From assembly GCA_964016885.1 (NCBI GenBank), contig OZ024741.1:198090001-198154000 (forward strand): a stretch of DNA of 64,000 nucleotides, in the 5' to 3' direction. This DNA comes from Eledone cirrhosa (lineage: Eukaryota). The position numbers and the translations under genes are program-made. How positions within the stretch are numbered: position 1 is the first letter of the stretch; each line of letters starts with the position of its first letter. The notes beneath the pieces were generated by a model. The model did no database searches. It saw only the letters and a program-made list of their open reading frames with translations, and was not told the origin of the DNA. Positions 41,331-56,090 of this stretch are shown one piece after another.

Positions 41331-41518
41331 AGTTTGTTGGTTCACCACTGGATAGAACTGGTTATTCCGTATGGTCAATCTCGATGTAATATTATGGAGA
41401 GCACTCAACGTAATGCAACTCACCCGTCTTCGTTTATTTAGTTGGTGGTGCGAGTACGGGGTTAATTATTATAAAATAACAGGAGGCTGGACTGGTGTAA
41501 ATCCTTGAAAGGTTTATT

Positions 41519-41576
41519 ATACTATGATCATTTCAATGACCGGGTTCAGTATGAATCCGGTGATATCATCAGGTAT
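41519..41576 (-). ncRNA. Type-I hammerhead ribozyme (family G)
   Basis: Mirror of 42108-42164. Confidence 0.7.
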
Positions 41577-41751
41577 TCAAAATATAACAAAGGAATATAA
41601 CAGATAAATCCATGGGGCTGAAAATCATAGACAAGAGGACGACCGACCATCTAGCATCTTCTACCTCAGTCAGCCGCCCTCAAGTGTTGGCCATCTGGTG
41701 AGGGGGCGAAAGATTATAATGTGCTACTACCTCACCGTCAAATAGAAAAAA

Positions 41752-41784
<33 letters not shown>

Positions 41785-42107
41785 AGAAAAGTCAGCGTTA
41801 AGGTCATGCTACAATCAGGCTAAAAATTGCCTAGAAAAATGTTTTTCCAAAGAACCTATATCTTAACAGAGGCACATATAGTGGGCGTCTGAATCCGGTG
41901 ACATCATCAGGTATTCACAATATAACAAAGGAATATAACAGATAAAATCCATGGGGCTGAAAATCAGAGACAAGAGGACAACCAACTATTTAGCACGTTT
42001 TGAGGGCGGCCAACTGAGGTACAAGATGCTAAATAGTCGGTCGTCATCTTGTCTCTGATTTTCAGCCCCATGGATTTTATCTGTTATATTCCTTTGTTAT
42101 ATTTTAA

Positions 42108-42164
42108 ATACCTGATGATGTCACCGGATTCATACTGAACCCGGTCATTGAAATGATCATAGTA
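42108..42164 (+). ncRNA. Type-I hammerhead ribozyme (family G)
   Basis: TAC-CTGATGA-TGTC-ACCGG..CCGGT-CATT-GAAA-TGATCA-TA^GTA. Confidence 0.72.
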
Positions 42165-42246
42165 AACCTTTTATGTAAACCTTTGAAATGATCATATAAA
42201 TAAACCTTTCAAGGATTTACACCAGTCCAGCCTCCTGTTATTTTAT

Positions 42247-42330
<84 letters not shown>

Positions 42331-42421
42331 CGAAGGAAATGTGGTAAGGAACCAGGTGGACCATAACGCACCAAAGTACTCAATACTTGAGGTAGTAGAG
42401 TGGGTAATAGGAACCAGTAAG

Positions 42422-42514
42422 ACCCGACAGCTGAGCTCAAGCCGTTTCGACGGCTAATTCTGGACTAAATGAAAATTTATCCTGTTATTTAAATAGCCGA
42501 TCTTCTCAAGGGGT
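42422..42514 (-). ncRNA. Type-I hammerhead ribozyme, U3-A8 variant (family D)
   Basis: Mirror of 44204-44297, with one G fewer in stem I. Confidence 0.75.
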
Positions 42515-44203
42515 AATTCCATATATGGTCAAAGTGATTGTCAAAAATCAGTAGTAATTCTGTGGTTGCAAATTAGTAGGGGAGATGGTGGCTAAACCTG
42601 CCAGTAGGAGAAAGAGGGGAGGGGGTGGAGTAGACCCAATCAAGCGTTTGTAGTGCCAGCTACAGCTGGGCATGAGGTCAAAGAAGATACAGGGGAGGGG
42701 GAGGGGGAGGAAGTCGGAACGGTAGGTAGAACAATGGGGGGTAGAAATATATAGGAAAGAAAAAATACTGAGAGTGAAGAAAAGCAAATAAGTGTAAAGA
42801 AAAACAAATGAGTGTAAAGAAAAAAGTAAAGTAAATTAAATTCTACGACCTTGGTCTCTAGCTATTGTTAGGCTAGAATAAATAAATAAAGAAAGAAAGA
42901 AAGAAGTAAAGAAAGAAATAAAGAAATAACGAAATAAGTAAAAGAACTAGGTGGGACGGAATAAGCGAGGACCCTTTTAAGAGGTATAAGTACGTAAATG
43001 ATACGGTGACGGGTCAACAAAAGGGGCCAAAATACTAAAGAGACTACCACGAAATAAACAATAAAGGTTTCCATCCCGGGCACAATTCCAGCAACCACCC
43101 AGTGCAGCAAAGTGAACTAATACGAGATAATAATTCTGAGTCCCGAGAAAAATATATACTAATGCTAACTCTAAAAGATCTAAAACAAGCTACATGAAAG
43201 TTCGTACGAAGTAAAGGTAGAATGCGGAAAAATAAATTCAGAATCCACCCCGCCCAAAAGAAAAGCGAAGAAAGAAATACTGAAACGAAAAAATAAGGCA
43301 TAAGTGCCACTAAGAAATATAGAGGGCACAGAGAATAGTGGGAGCGGTCGGAAAAAGGGGACAAGTATCCGGGGTCTAAACCAACTGCTATAAAGAGCGG
43401 AGTCCGCCAAATCTATCCTAGACTAGGGGAGGGGGTGGGGGTACTAAGGCTACAAGGGGCCAAAGAGCAGCGTCGGGTGGGCGAGAAAAGACGCCGACAA
43501 AGGAGAAGAGCTGGGGTAGAAGGACTAAGGAGAGAGGGGGGAAGGAAGGAAATAAAGGAAGCGATAAAAGAATACAAAGAAGATCTATTATCTCGTATTA
43601 GTTCACTTTGCTGCACTGGGTGGTTGCTGGAATTGTGCCCGGGATGGAAACCTTTATTGTTTATTTCGTGGTAGTCTCTTTAGTATTTTGGCCCCTTTTG
43701 TTGACCCGTCACCGTATCATTTACGTACTTATACCTCTTAAAAGGGTCCTCGCCTATTCCGTCCCACCTAGTTCTTTTACTTATTTCGTTATTTCTTTAT
43801 TTCTTTCTTTACTTCTTTCTTTCTTTATTTATTTATTTATTCTAGCCTAACAATAGCTAGAGACCTAGGTCGTAGAATTTAATTTACTTTACTTTTTTCT
43901 TTACACTCATTTGTTTTTCTTTACACTTATTTGCTTTTCTTCACTCTCAGTATTTTTTCTTTCCTATATATTTCTACCCCCCATTGTTCTACCTACCGTT
44001 CCGACTTCCTCCCCCTCCCCCTCCCCTGTATCTTCTTTGACCTCATGCCCAGCTGTAGCTGGCACTACAAACGCTTGATTGGGTCTACTCCACCCCCTCC
44101 CCTCTTTCTCCTACTGGCAGGTTTAGCCACCATCTCCCCTACTAATTTGCAACCACAGAATTACTACTGATTTTTGACAATCACTTTGACCATATATGGA
44201 ATT

Positions 44204-44297
44204 ACCCCTTGAGAAGATCGGCTATTTAAATAACAGGATAAATTTTCATTTAGTCCAGAATTAGCCGTCGAAACGGCTTGAGCTCAGCTGTCGGGGT
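44204..44297 (+). ncRNA. Type-I hammerhead ribozyme, U3-A8 variant (family D)
   Basis: ACCCC-TTGAGAA-GAtCGGCTA..TAGCCGTC-GAAA-CGGC ttgagctca GCTG-TC^GGGGT. All three stems form, with a GUC cleavage site. Confidence 0.82.
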
Positions 44298-44307
44298 CTT
44301 ACTGGTT

Positions 44308-44351
<44 letters not shown>

Positions 44352-44359
44352 TTCTTTTG

Positions 44360-47190
44360 GACGGTTTGGAAGCCTCAACAATGCAGATGGGTAATTCTCC
44401 GGGTTACAAGATTCGGTGGTGAAGAGAGAGATGTAAGTGAATGTAGAATGAGATGTATAGTGTGTAGAAGAACGTAGGAAAGAGCGTAAAAAATAAAAAT
44501 AATAACACGAGATAGAGTTACCTTGTCCCTATATTTCGGATTCACATCCATCAACTGGGGCTGTCGGAGAGGAGCAATACGTGTCCTCTGCTGTTCGTTG
44601 TTTTGAATATCTGAGGTGTTCAGCAGAGCGCGCGCGCGAAATGAGTTCGATCAAGCAGAAGTCGACGGCCGAAATAGTTCTTTTAATTGTGGGAGTGGGG
44701 TGGCGTTAGCTGTCAATCGATTGTATTATCTGTCTGTGCTGGTTTCTGTATTAGCAGTGTTGTCTAGTGTATTCGTGTGGTGGTGGTATTCCCTGCCTGT
44801 TTGGTGAATGCTACTGTGCGTGTGTGCGTGCGTTGTTGTCTCGCGTGTGTGTGTGTGCGCGCGTGTATTATTGTCTCGTTTGTTTAAACCAACTCATTTC
44901 TTCTACCTGTTTGGTGAATGCTACTGTGTGCGTGTGTTGTTGTCTCGCTTGTGTGTGTGCGTGTGCGTGTGTTGTTGCCTCGTTTGTTTAAACCAACCAC
45001 CTCATTTCGCTTCTCTCGGATCGGTTATTTATTTGTGGCCGTTTGATCCAAAGTGCTTCCTTGATTCGTAACGTGCCGACGTTACGTTCTGTCGCTAGCA
45101 CTGTGACAATGGGCCTTCGGTCTTTGTTTCCGCATTTGGTTATGTGTTTCCGGAAAGACGAGGCCCTGGTGTTGATGTGCTCCTTGATCCGGATGTGTAG
45201 CGGCCGGATTGTGCTACCGATATAGTAGTGGTTGCATTTATCACATTCTACCTTATACACGACGTGTGTGCGTAGGCAACAGTTCGTATGGCGCATCGGG
45301 CAGTTTCTGAGCGAGCACACGTCAGTCGATTTCCCGGGTTTCCTGGAGATGCAGGGAGGGCCCGAGTGGGCCAAGTGGATGTCGAGGCCCTCCCTCCGTA
45401 TAGCCCTGCGGATAGCGTTGGTGGTATTCTCGCCCAGGTGTGGTATTTTAAGGAAGCACTTGCCTTGGGTGTTTCTCTGCCTCTTGCGTCTGGTGTCTCT
45501 TATTCTGTTTGTGAGTGAGGCAGAGTACCCGTTTGTCTCCAGCACTTTGAGGAATCGCTTGGTATGGGTGACACCACTCGCGAGATCGCTGCATCTGTTT
45601 TTAATTCGCGTGATCTCGTTCGTGATGTACCCTCTTTTAGCACTGGTAGGGAGGGGAGACTTGTAGTGGACGAACAGGTCCCTGCAGGCTGCCTTGCGGT
45701 AGAAGTTGGTGTGGATCCCTCCCTGCTCCGTGATGTTGATTCGGAAGTCGAGGATGGCAACTGATCCGTCGTCGCTGGGGTGTTCAACACTGAAATCAAT
45801 GTTCTCGTCCGTGTTGTTGAACGTCTCATAGATTCTGTTCGCCATCTCCTGGGAAGATGTAAGGATGAAGATATCGTCCACGTACCTTGAGAAAAAGGCG
45901 ACGGCGTTGGGGTGGCAGGCCTTGCGCTCGTGGCTGTCCATGTATGAGATCGTTAGCACACCCGACAGCCCATGGGCAATCCCGAGGTTTGCTTGTATCT
46001 TTGGTCGAGAAATCCGAAGTATGTGTTGGCAACGACGATGGATAGGAGTTGGTGGATGTCAGTGGTGGTGAGCCCGAAGCAGTGTAGGTCGGTAGGTTGG
46101 ACGCGTTCCATCAGTATATCAACGGCCGGGAGTGCCGGGACCGAGGTGTAAAGAGCGACCACATCAAGGCTGAAGGCATATCTGTTAGCCTTTCTGGTGT
46201 CGGGATCCATTTGATGCAGGCGCTCCATCACCTCCTCGGAGCTGTTTACGTGTCCCGGCAAAGTGTCTATGATGGGTTTGAGTATTCTGGCTAGGAGCCA
46301 TGAAATTGTGTAGAGCTGTCCTTCCACTCTCGATACAATGGGCCTGATCTTCAGGTCGGGTCCCTGTTTGTGTGTTTTCACGAGGTGGTAGAAGGCGGGT
46401 AGTCTGCTGTTCCTCGTGAGGAGGTTATATCTCAGCTTCTTCGGGAGCTTCCGCCGGTCGCAGATGTTGGTCCAGGCGGCGTTGATGTGCTCCTCTATCT
46501 GCGCGGGAGTGATTCCCGTGACCTTGGAGTAGAGGTTGTCATCGTCAAGGTGTTGGAGGGCCAGGGTGTTGTAGGCCTCTCTGCTGATGACGCAGAATTA
46601 TTTTCCTTTGTCGGAGGGGAGGTAGATGAGGTTCTTGGATTTTAGGTTGGAGAGAGTGGTGAGTTGAGATTTGGTGAGGTTGTGTGTTGTGCGTGTGTGT
46701 GTGTGTTTGTGAAGTATATCTGAGATGGAGTGTTTTAACCTGATGAGTTTAGTGTCGAGTTCGTGGTTGGTGGGTGGGGTTGGAGTGGGTTGTCGAGGTG
46801 GTAAGTGAGGAACTTTGGGCGGGTTGTGTGGGTGCTGTTATTTTCCGTGACGCTGTTGATGGCGGTCACCCATTTAAGTTGGTAGGCTCCGATGTCGAGT
46901 TTGAGTCTGTCGTCGAGTCGTTGTGAGACGATGAACTTGGGTCCGAGGCGTAGGAGTTTCAGCTCGTCGCTCGTGAGAGTGCCGGTTAGGTCGGTGACCA
47001 AGTGCGTCGCATCGTTGAGATGTGGCTCGGTGTTGGTGGATGCGGCGGCGGCAGTTGTTACGTTGTTGTTTTCCACGTGGTTCTGGTCTGTCTGTTTGTT
47101 AGTGTCGGTGTTCTCGTTGTGGAGTTTAGACAAGATCCACTCATATTTCCGCTTGAGCCGTTTTTTCTCGTGTTAGACTCTGGTCGATTG
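44360..47190 (-). mobile_element. Penelope-like element (different clade, Naiad/Poseidon-like), near full length, frameshifted
   Basis: LRLGPKF, PSDKG, KTHK..IRPIVS, SLDVVALYT, GLPMG, RYVDD, FYRK, VVYKVEC..YYIGST..RIKEH..KEAL (ORFs 46735..47133, 45953..46381, 44988..45959). Confidence 0.92.
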
Positions 47191-48129
47191 CTTTAATATA
47201 AAGTTGTATTCCTGTCTGTTTGTTTGTTCACGCACTCCTCCTATGGTTTTGGAGATAGACCCCTATAATCATATATATTCTGAAACTACATTGCCCAGGA
47301 TACTTCGATAAGTATATTTCATTTTAAAAAAGGGTTCCCCGGGTACAAAGCTCCGCTGGAAATGTTTTCCCTTTGATTTATATGAAATTTAAACCAGAGG
47401 TAAATTACAAGATATGATGCCTATTCACAAAATTGCCTATTCAGCAAATTTCAATAATATTAAGACACCCTAATGGGCGTTAAACCCCCTATAGTGAAAA
47501 TTTTGGCCAATAAATGGAACAATATTTCACGAACTCCTCCTATGATTTTTGAGATAGACCTCCCATAACCATATATATTCTGAAACTACATTGCCGAGGG
47601 TACTTGGATAAGTATATTTCCTTTAAAAACCCCACTGAAAATGTTTTCCTTTCGATTTATATGAAATTTAAACCATAGGTAAATGACCAGATATGATGCC
47701 TAAAAACAACATTTCTGCAAATTTCAATAATATTAAGACATCCTAATGGGGGTTAAACCCCCTATTAGGGTACCCCGGGTGCACAAACCCCCGCTGAAAA
47801 TGTTTTCCCTTCGATTTATATGAAATTTAAACCATAGGTAAATGACAAGATATGATGACTATTCACAAAAGTTTTGAATTGATATTTTGAAAAAAATGAA
47901 TTACAAGAAACAAAATAAGAATAAGATTTAATAATGTAATTTTGATTTGATATATTACAGGAAATAATATTTTCCAATTTTTCATGCATTACATTTTACA
48001 TTGAGTAATATTGAAATGCATAATTTTCCCCATAATATTCTCCATAATATATCAGTGATTTAAAATCAATCACCATTTTCTTACAAAAAAAATGTGTGAA
48101 GCGCAGCAAGGCGAGGGTAATTCGGCTAG
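47190..48129 (+). mobile_element. Non-autonomous Helitron-like element
   Basis: Start resembles the other Helitrons (taatatataaag..gtctgtttgtttg). Internal ~300 bp direct repeats. Ends in a GC-rich segment plus CTAG into (TA)n. Confidence 0.65.
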
Positions 48130-48153
48130 TATATATATATATTTATATATATA

Positions 48154-48986
<833 letters not shown>

Positions 48987-49404
48987 AAGGCATGCATAGA
49001 TACTATTTAAAAATATAATTTAAAATGACAATATATAAAAAAACAATCATCATTAGAGAGGAGAGTTCATATCTCTGTCCGTTCTCTCTGTTAGTTGAGA
49101 ATGAAGGATAAACATGGACAGAGCTATGAAGTCTCCTCTCTAAATATGTATGTAAAAACTAATAGTTTTTCTTCCCCTTTTTTTATTATTCTTATAAATA
49201 TCCAACATAATTACATTATGCATATCCGCACGTGCACACGTTTGTGAGTATATATTTGTGTGTACATATATAACGATGTATATGTATATATACATATCGT
49301 TATACATTTGTATATATATATATATATCATATATTGAGTTATAAACTCGAAATAGTCTTTTACAATTAAATAGCTCAAAGAAGGGAATATTTCCGAGCCG
49401 TGTA

Positions 49405-49549
49405 ATACAAATGAATATGTGAGAGGGATGAACACTGATACAAGTATACATGTGTATACATATACTAGGTTGAACCTAGCTAACTTGGTCATTTGCAATT
49501 CGGACACATGTATACTTGTATCAGTGTTCATCCCTCTCATATATTCATT

Positions 49550-49552
<3 letters not shown>
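49405..49552. repeat. Small fold-back
   Basis: 49405-49454 is inverted at 49504-49553 and ends in (TA)n. Confidence 0.75.
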
Positions 49553-49629
<77 letters not shown>

Positions 49630-49631
<2 letters not shown>

Positions 49632-49783
49632 CGGGTTTCTGAGCCACTGTCTGCCAAATTCTGCACACAAGTCATTATTGAAAACGAAGCTATGGTAGAA
49701 GCCACTTGTCAAAGGTTCCCCACTACGGGATTGAACCTAGAATCCTATGGCTGCGAGGCGAGCTCTTTAACCACACAGCCATG
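49630..49783 (-). mobile_element. tRNA-derived SINE (second family)
   Basis: Minus strand: TGGCTGTGTGGTTAA A-box and GGTTCAATCCC B-box. Confidence 0.7.
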
Positions 49784-50535
49784 TTTGTATTTAAAATGCC
49801 AAAGAAATAAGTATCTGAAACCAATTTTTCAGTGTTATTTTATAATATAACTCACGGATGATAAAAACAAATGAAGTACATCTAAAAAGCCTAACAAGTT
49901 TTTCATCCGAAGCTATAAAGATTTGCAATAAAGATTTGCAGTAAAGCCCTTTGTTTTAATCATGTTTCCCACTAAAATCCCCTTCATACAGTCAAGCTTT
50001 GATGTTTTTGTTTTGTTTTTCATTTTTCGGAAGATATCACCGTTTCTTAATTCTGAATTTACATCTATGTATATATTTGCCTATCGCAGAATCTAATGTA
50101 ATGTATAATATATAATAATACAACCGCAAGCTGATGGTACGACTCTATCATTATGGCCTTAACCAGAAGAAACAAAGAATAAAATAATACAATAAATATC
50201 TAATATATTTGAACGATTAATATTCATGGAGTAGGCATAAAATATACTTGATGTTTCGTTTATAAATATTTATTCCCAATTTAAATCTAATGTTCATTCT
50301 CATAAGTTAATTTCTTAACAGTGGTAAACAATATGACTTTGAATCTACTCTACCCAGTGCGTCTTATTATATTTTAAACCTCACTACTGATCGAAATTTG
50401 TAGGATATTACGGTGGAAACTTAAATATCAAGCTGATAAAATCTTTTAGCAATATTTCACGGACTTTGCATTTTTCAATCAATTTCCAATAGAATTCTGT
50501 AAATTAAAAAGTTATTTATATGTACACACACACAG

Positions 50536-50628
<93 letters not shown>

Positions 50629-50860
50629 CATTTTGAGTATGTGTTGGTTGTTTACCAACACCTCAATCTGCAGGTTGGAGCACTCGACGAAGTACGTAGG
50701 CTGGTTTGTTTACTCCGGAGTAATGTAAAAAAATCCGTTTGTTCTTGCCCATATGATTCCAGTTCCTCTGAGGACTAACACCACACCCAGGAGCTGGACA
50801 TATCGATGAATTGACAGAGTGGAACACATTACAACACCATGTTTACCTTTTTTTCTACAT

Positions 50861-50929
50861 TAATTCTTACTGCCTGAAGAGGTCACAGCCAATAATGGCT
50901 GTCACTGAAATATATATAGCAGAGAATTA
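50861..50929 (+). ncRNA. Type-I hammerhead ribozyme, solitary
   Basis: TAATTCT..CTGC-CTGAAGA-GGTCACAGCC aataat GGCTGTCACT-GAAA-TATATA-TA^GCAG-AGAATTA. Confidence 0.78.
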
Positions 50930-51281
50930 GAATAAACGAAGCCAACTTTAACATCTTTGACTTACACTTATTATTTTATATATATATATAACATTTCGAA
51001 AATATAATATCGGAGCGATGAATAGATTGAAATTCTTAGAAAATATAGAAATCTCAAACACAGAAAATAACTGTAACTATAGTCAATTATTATAGATAAT
51101 AGTTTTTAAAAGCGCTACAAAGAAGCTAATTCCGGTAGATTTCTCGTGGTGACTGCTGTCCACTTTTTTCAATATATAGGGGTATTTTACCTAATTTTCT
51201 AAGCGAATATTCATAGCAATTGACTGTGGTTACGCTTTAAAATTTTAATTCCGTGGAATCACTATACGTATTTCGATGGCC

Positions 51282-51563
51282 CACCAGTTGCTTTCACTTC
51301 AATTTATTATAAATTAAATTTATAAATTTAAGAAATTTGTAAATTTCCGGTTGGTTGGTTGGTTGGTTCCACAACCGGACGGTTGTTCATATATTGTCAA
51401 AGTTCTTTCGTCACACATTCTGTGACCTCTTCAGTGACTGGGGATTCTTTTCTTTGTTTTGTGCCTCTCCTTAGTTCTGTCCTACGCCATCTTGCTTTTG
51501 TGTGTGTTGTGTGCTTAGTTTGCGTATGTGTTACATCGGGTGTCTGTGTGTGTTTTTATTTGT

Positions 51564-51594
<31 letters not shown>

Positions 51595-52422
51595 TCTACA
51601 TGTTACTAGTTGGTTGTTTGTTCTATGTGTGTGTGTTTTCATTTTGTCCTTAATTGTAAGTTGTGATGTTGCTATTCCATTTAAGTTTCCTATTTAATTT
51701 TGGTTGGAGTTCATTTATGTTTATTGCCTCGGTGATTTGTCTAAACATTGCGTCTTTTCTGTGTGTAGATTCTATTTTTATTTCTATGTTCTCTAATTTG
51801 CCCTTATGTTCTATTTTAGCATGTTTTACTGATGATTCTTTTCTATCTTTTCTATCTTGAAGCTCTCGCCAGTGTTCATTTAATCGTTCTCCTATACTAC
51901 GAGTTGTCTCACCTATGTACACTATATTCTTATATTTAAATTGTCCCTCAGTACATCTTATGCTATATACTATGTTTCTAGTTTTGCAGTTAATATGGGG
52001 GCTTAATTTACAGATTATACATTTCTTATCTATACAGGGAAGTCTTTGAAAAGAGTATGTATTGCTAATAAGTGTTTTTATGGAGGTACCTGGTCTTTCC
52101 ACTATCTTAATATTTAGCTTAAGTTTATCTAGGGCCCTTCTAAATTTGTAAGCTAGTTCACCTCTAGGGGTGTTGATGAACATTACACTCTGGTATTTAT
52201 TGCTATCATACCATGAGTTTATTCTATTAACCTTATTCCTAGTTCTTTCTATTCTATTCCAAAATTTGCTCCTATACAAGGGGCAGGTCCCATTTGTATC
52301 ATTATTTACCATTTTTTCCCATTTGGTTCTGGCTCCTCTGTATACTCTGATTTTATCTCTCTGGTTGTAACCAGAGAACTGCATACGGTAGATGAAGTGT
52401 TGTATGTGTCTCTCTAGTTCTT
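51282..52422 (-). mobile_element. PLE family A 3' fragment (thumb, GIY-YIG, 3' region) with HHR at 51396-51438
   Basis: Close relative of 412-1545. ORF 51650..52687 contains RMQFSGY..YIGETTRSIGERLNEH, and its N-terminal part is microsatellite read-through. Confidence 0.9.
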
Positions 52423-52448
52423 TTGTATATATATATGTGTGTGTGTGT

Positions 52449-52513
<65 letters not shown>

Positions 52514-52514
52514 C

Positions 52515-52563
<49 letters not shown>

Positions 52564-52858
52564 TTAATTCCTCCAAATCTTCATCATCATCAACACTCAT
52601 TAACACCACACCCAACACACCAGACTCATCCAAATCTGTTTTATATATAGTCACACATTTCAACACAACCTGATCCCAGTTTGACAATCACCACAGACGA
52701 ATGCAAGAAAGTTCTCCAACCAAAGTTAACCAGGAATCTTTAAAATTCTTCCCACCGAAGTTAACAAAGAACTTACTAGAATAAATTAAATCAAATTTTT
52801 TAACACTACAATTCTTTCTGTACCAAAAACAAGGCACACACACACACGCACATGCAAG

Positions 52859-52943
<85 letters not shown>

Positions 52944-53814
52944 CTACCTGTATATATATATATAATCGATACAGATATTGTTTGCTCACTGTCACCAAGC
53001 ATCTCAATTCATTCGTTGCAACTAAGTTTGTGATCGAGGCACTTTATTTTGCAAGGTACTATTTTTCCCTTGAGTTTGTGATTCCAGAGAAAGGTAAGAA
53101 ATTCTTCATATTTTGCATCTTTTGCATTTTGACTTTACAGTTTGAATTGTAGAATTGTCTATCCACTCAAAATATTGCAACAGCTAACAGTGAAATATAG
53201 AATTTTAAAAAAAGAAGCTTTTTCGATTGAGATCAAAACTTTGAGAACATTCACGTCTATTTTTCAAAAATATGTCATTTGAAATAGCTTGCTTTTGTTT
53301 TGGACTGAAACTTTTTTGTATTTAATTCGCACAAGTATTTTTTAAAGATTTTTTTAAGATTCTAACATAACTTGATTTGGCCCAGTAATCTACTGCTATC
53401 AAAATCAGTAGTATATTGAAAAATGGAAAAATAGGGGTCCGTTTCGTGATTTCGAGGGGCAAAAGGGGGCATTTGGCCGAAATGGGTTGAGAGCCTGTGG
53501 TGTAGACTAAGAAAAAAGTCTTATCACTTTGTCAGGGACCGGTTTGGATTTTACAAAAATAGAACTTAAATAAATCTCAAAGAATACCTGAATACGCGAA
53601 TGTTTCAGCGACAATATATGAATAAATGTTCTTGTGTCTGACTGTGTAAACGTGTGCCCATGTAAGTTCGTGCATCTGTGTCTGCTCATCAGTGCCGTTT
53701 GTGTAGGTGAGTAGACATATATGTATGTAATTAATATTGATGGATGTTATCAATCTTCATGATTTTCCTTTTCCTACAAATACAGGTTTAAGTATGTACA
53801 CACACACATATATA

Positions 53815-53869
<55 letters not shown>

Positions 53870-53991
53870 TTCTATTTTTACTTTATATATATTTTTTGTA
53901 TTACTTTATATTATTTTTCACTCAACTTATTTCCATCCAATGAGTGACCACGCAAAATGTTTTATCATATATATATATACATATATATATA

Positions 53992-54189
<198 letters not shown>

Positions 54190-54196
54190 GAGAGAG

Positions 54197-54276
<80 letters not shown>

Positions 54277-54948
54277 AGAGAGAGAGAGTGTGTGTCTGTG
54301 TGTGTGTGTGTGAGGTGTATGTATACGTCTGTCTATTATTATGATCATGCACAAAACCATAAATAATATTATTTACCATCTTAAAGGCAAGATCTATATA
54401 ACAATTATTGTGTTGTATGAAGCAGCAATATATCAAAATTCAATTGTTTATATTTCCACATTCCTAGCGAAGAAATCTGGCCATTTTGTTTTGTAATTAT
54501 ACTTCTTTCGCCGATCTGTAGAGAAAGAGAGAAAGGATAGGAAATAAAGGGAGAAATGATAGAATATGACAGAGAAAACTGAGAGAAAGAGAAATAGTGA
54601 GGGATAGAGAGAGCTGACCAAAACGGGGTGGAGAGATTAAAAGTAGAAGAAAGCAGCAAATGCACAGAAATACGGAAATAAATAGACACATACATATTAA
54701 ATAACTACAGACGTGCGTGAGAATGAGAGAACAGGGAACTGGATGAGAACATTTTGACGAAGAGTGGAAAAGAGAAATGAAAAAGAAAAGAATATAGCGT
54801 TCTATGATTGTATCCTTTTCAACAGATATGTGGGGGAGGTGTTTATATTTATACACACACATATTATATTTTATATATGTGTGTATATTATTATATGTAA
54901 ATGTATATGGTGATACACACACACATACACACACACACACACACACAC

Positions 54949-55014
<66 letters not shown>

Positions 55015-55569
55015 AACAACAACAGAAAGCCGGACTGGAAATTTTGCTTTAAAATTTCGATTCCCCTGAGCTGTGCTCTCCCCGGTCCCAACATCTCGAG
55101 ATGAGGGCGGGGGCTTGAGGACTTTCCTCCTCCAACAGAGATGGAAATCCTCCCTTCTGAAGACTTCCATTCTTGCTCTGAAACACTGTGGGATCAGTGA
55201 CCAATGGAAGGCACTCAACCACCTGTGAGCAAGGATGAGGTGATCAAAAGCTGCCTTGGTCAGATAGGGTTACGGTACTTTCTTAATCACCACATGCCAA
55301 TATGGAGGATTAAACCAGACTCTGAAGTACTGCCTTGTCTACTATCTGCTGTTCATCCCATACAACTCAAAAGACCATGCAAATTTCAATGAAAAGGCAA
55401 ATAGCTGTGTGGAAAGGTGCAAAGTTACTATAAGACCACCATGTTTGTCTCAAATAGCTGAGTAGAGACATGTAAAGCTGCTCTAAGACCTTGCTTGCCT
55501 AAAAATAAAATGAGAGAAGTTTCATTTAGTTTCATATACATATACAATCAACAAAGCGAATGAATAATA

Positions 55570-55980
55570 ATAATTGTTTCTACTTTTGGCACCAGGCCAG
55601 CAATTATCCCAGTGTATTACTGGTGCTTTATTTTAATGACCCTGTAAGGATGAAAGGCAAAGTTAACCTCGGCGAGATTTGAACTCCGATCGTAAAGACC
55701 CGTAACTCCATGCTTGGTGTCCGAACCTCTAATGATACTGCCAATCCAAATGAAACAAATCTTCTACTGATTTCGGTCATTCGACTAATCTGCAGTTATA
55801 CTGTGGCAAGTCTTTAAGACTTTCCTGAATCATATCAATCCCAGTACTTATTTCAGTCTATTATTTATCGAGTTCAAATCCCCTCGAGGTTAATTTTACC
55901 TTTCATCCTTACGAAGTCGATAAAATAAAGTACCAGTAATGTACTGGGTACCTGCTGGCCTTGTGCCAGAAACAATTATT
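55570..55980. mobile_element. Two tRNA-derived SINEs (55570-55750 minus, 55870-55980 plus)
   Basis: Same body as the 27935 and 35570 copies. Confidence 0.75.
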
Positions 55981-56059
55981 TATCTTATTGATCTTTATTT
56001 GCCAAACCACTACGATACTAAATAAAAGCAAGAATAGATATATGCATGCGCGCACGCGC

Positions 56060-56090
<31 letters not shown>

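Larger units (their letters stand above)
41466..42250. mobile_element. Fold-back insert, family G, with extra internal copy
   Basis: ~41466-41683 is inverted at ~42000-42250. A second minus-sense partial copy lies at 41890-41995. Confidence 0.85.
42329..44310. mobile_element. Largest non-coding fold-back, family D
   Basis: ~42408-43130 is a near-perfect reverse complement of ~43587-44310, with (TA)n flanks and no recognisable ORF. Confidence 0.9.

Noticed and set aside
44520-44565. HHR downstream of the 44360-47190 PLE (minus: CCC-CAGTTGA-T-GGAT gtga ATCC-GAAA-TATA-GGG)
   Set aside because: Position and stems fit, but two invariant core bases differ. It is at best a relic and was not counted as supported.
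44988-45959. Selenocysteine-recoding PLE as described for some Naiad elements
   Set aside because: No in-frame TGA at cysteine positions in the visible ORF, and no SECIS recognised.
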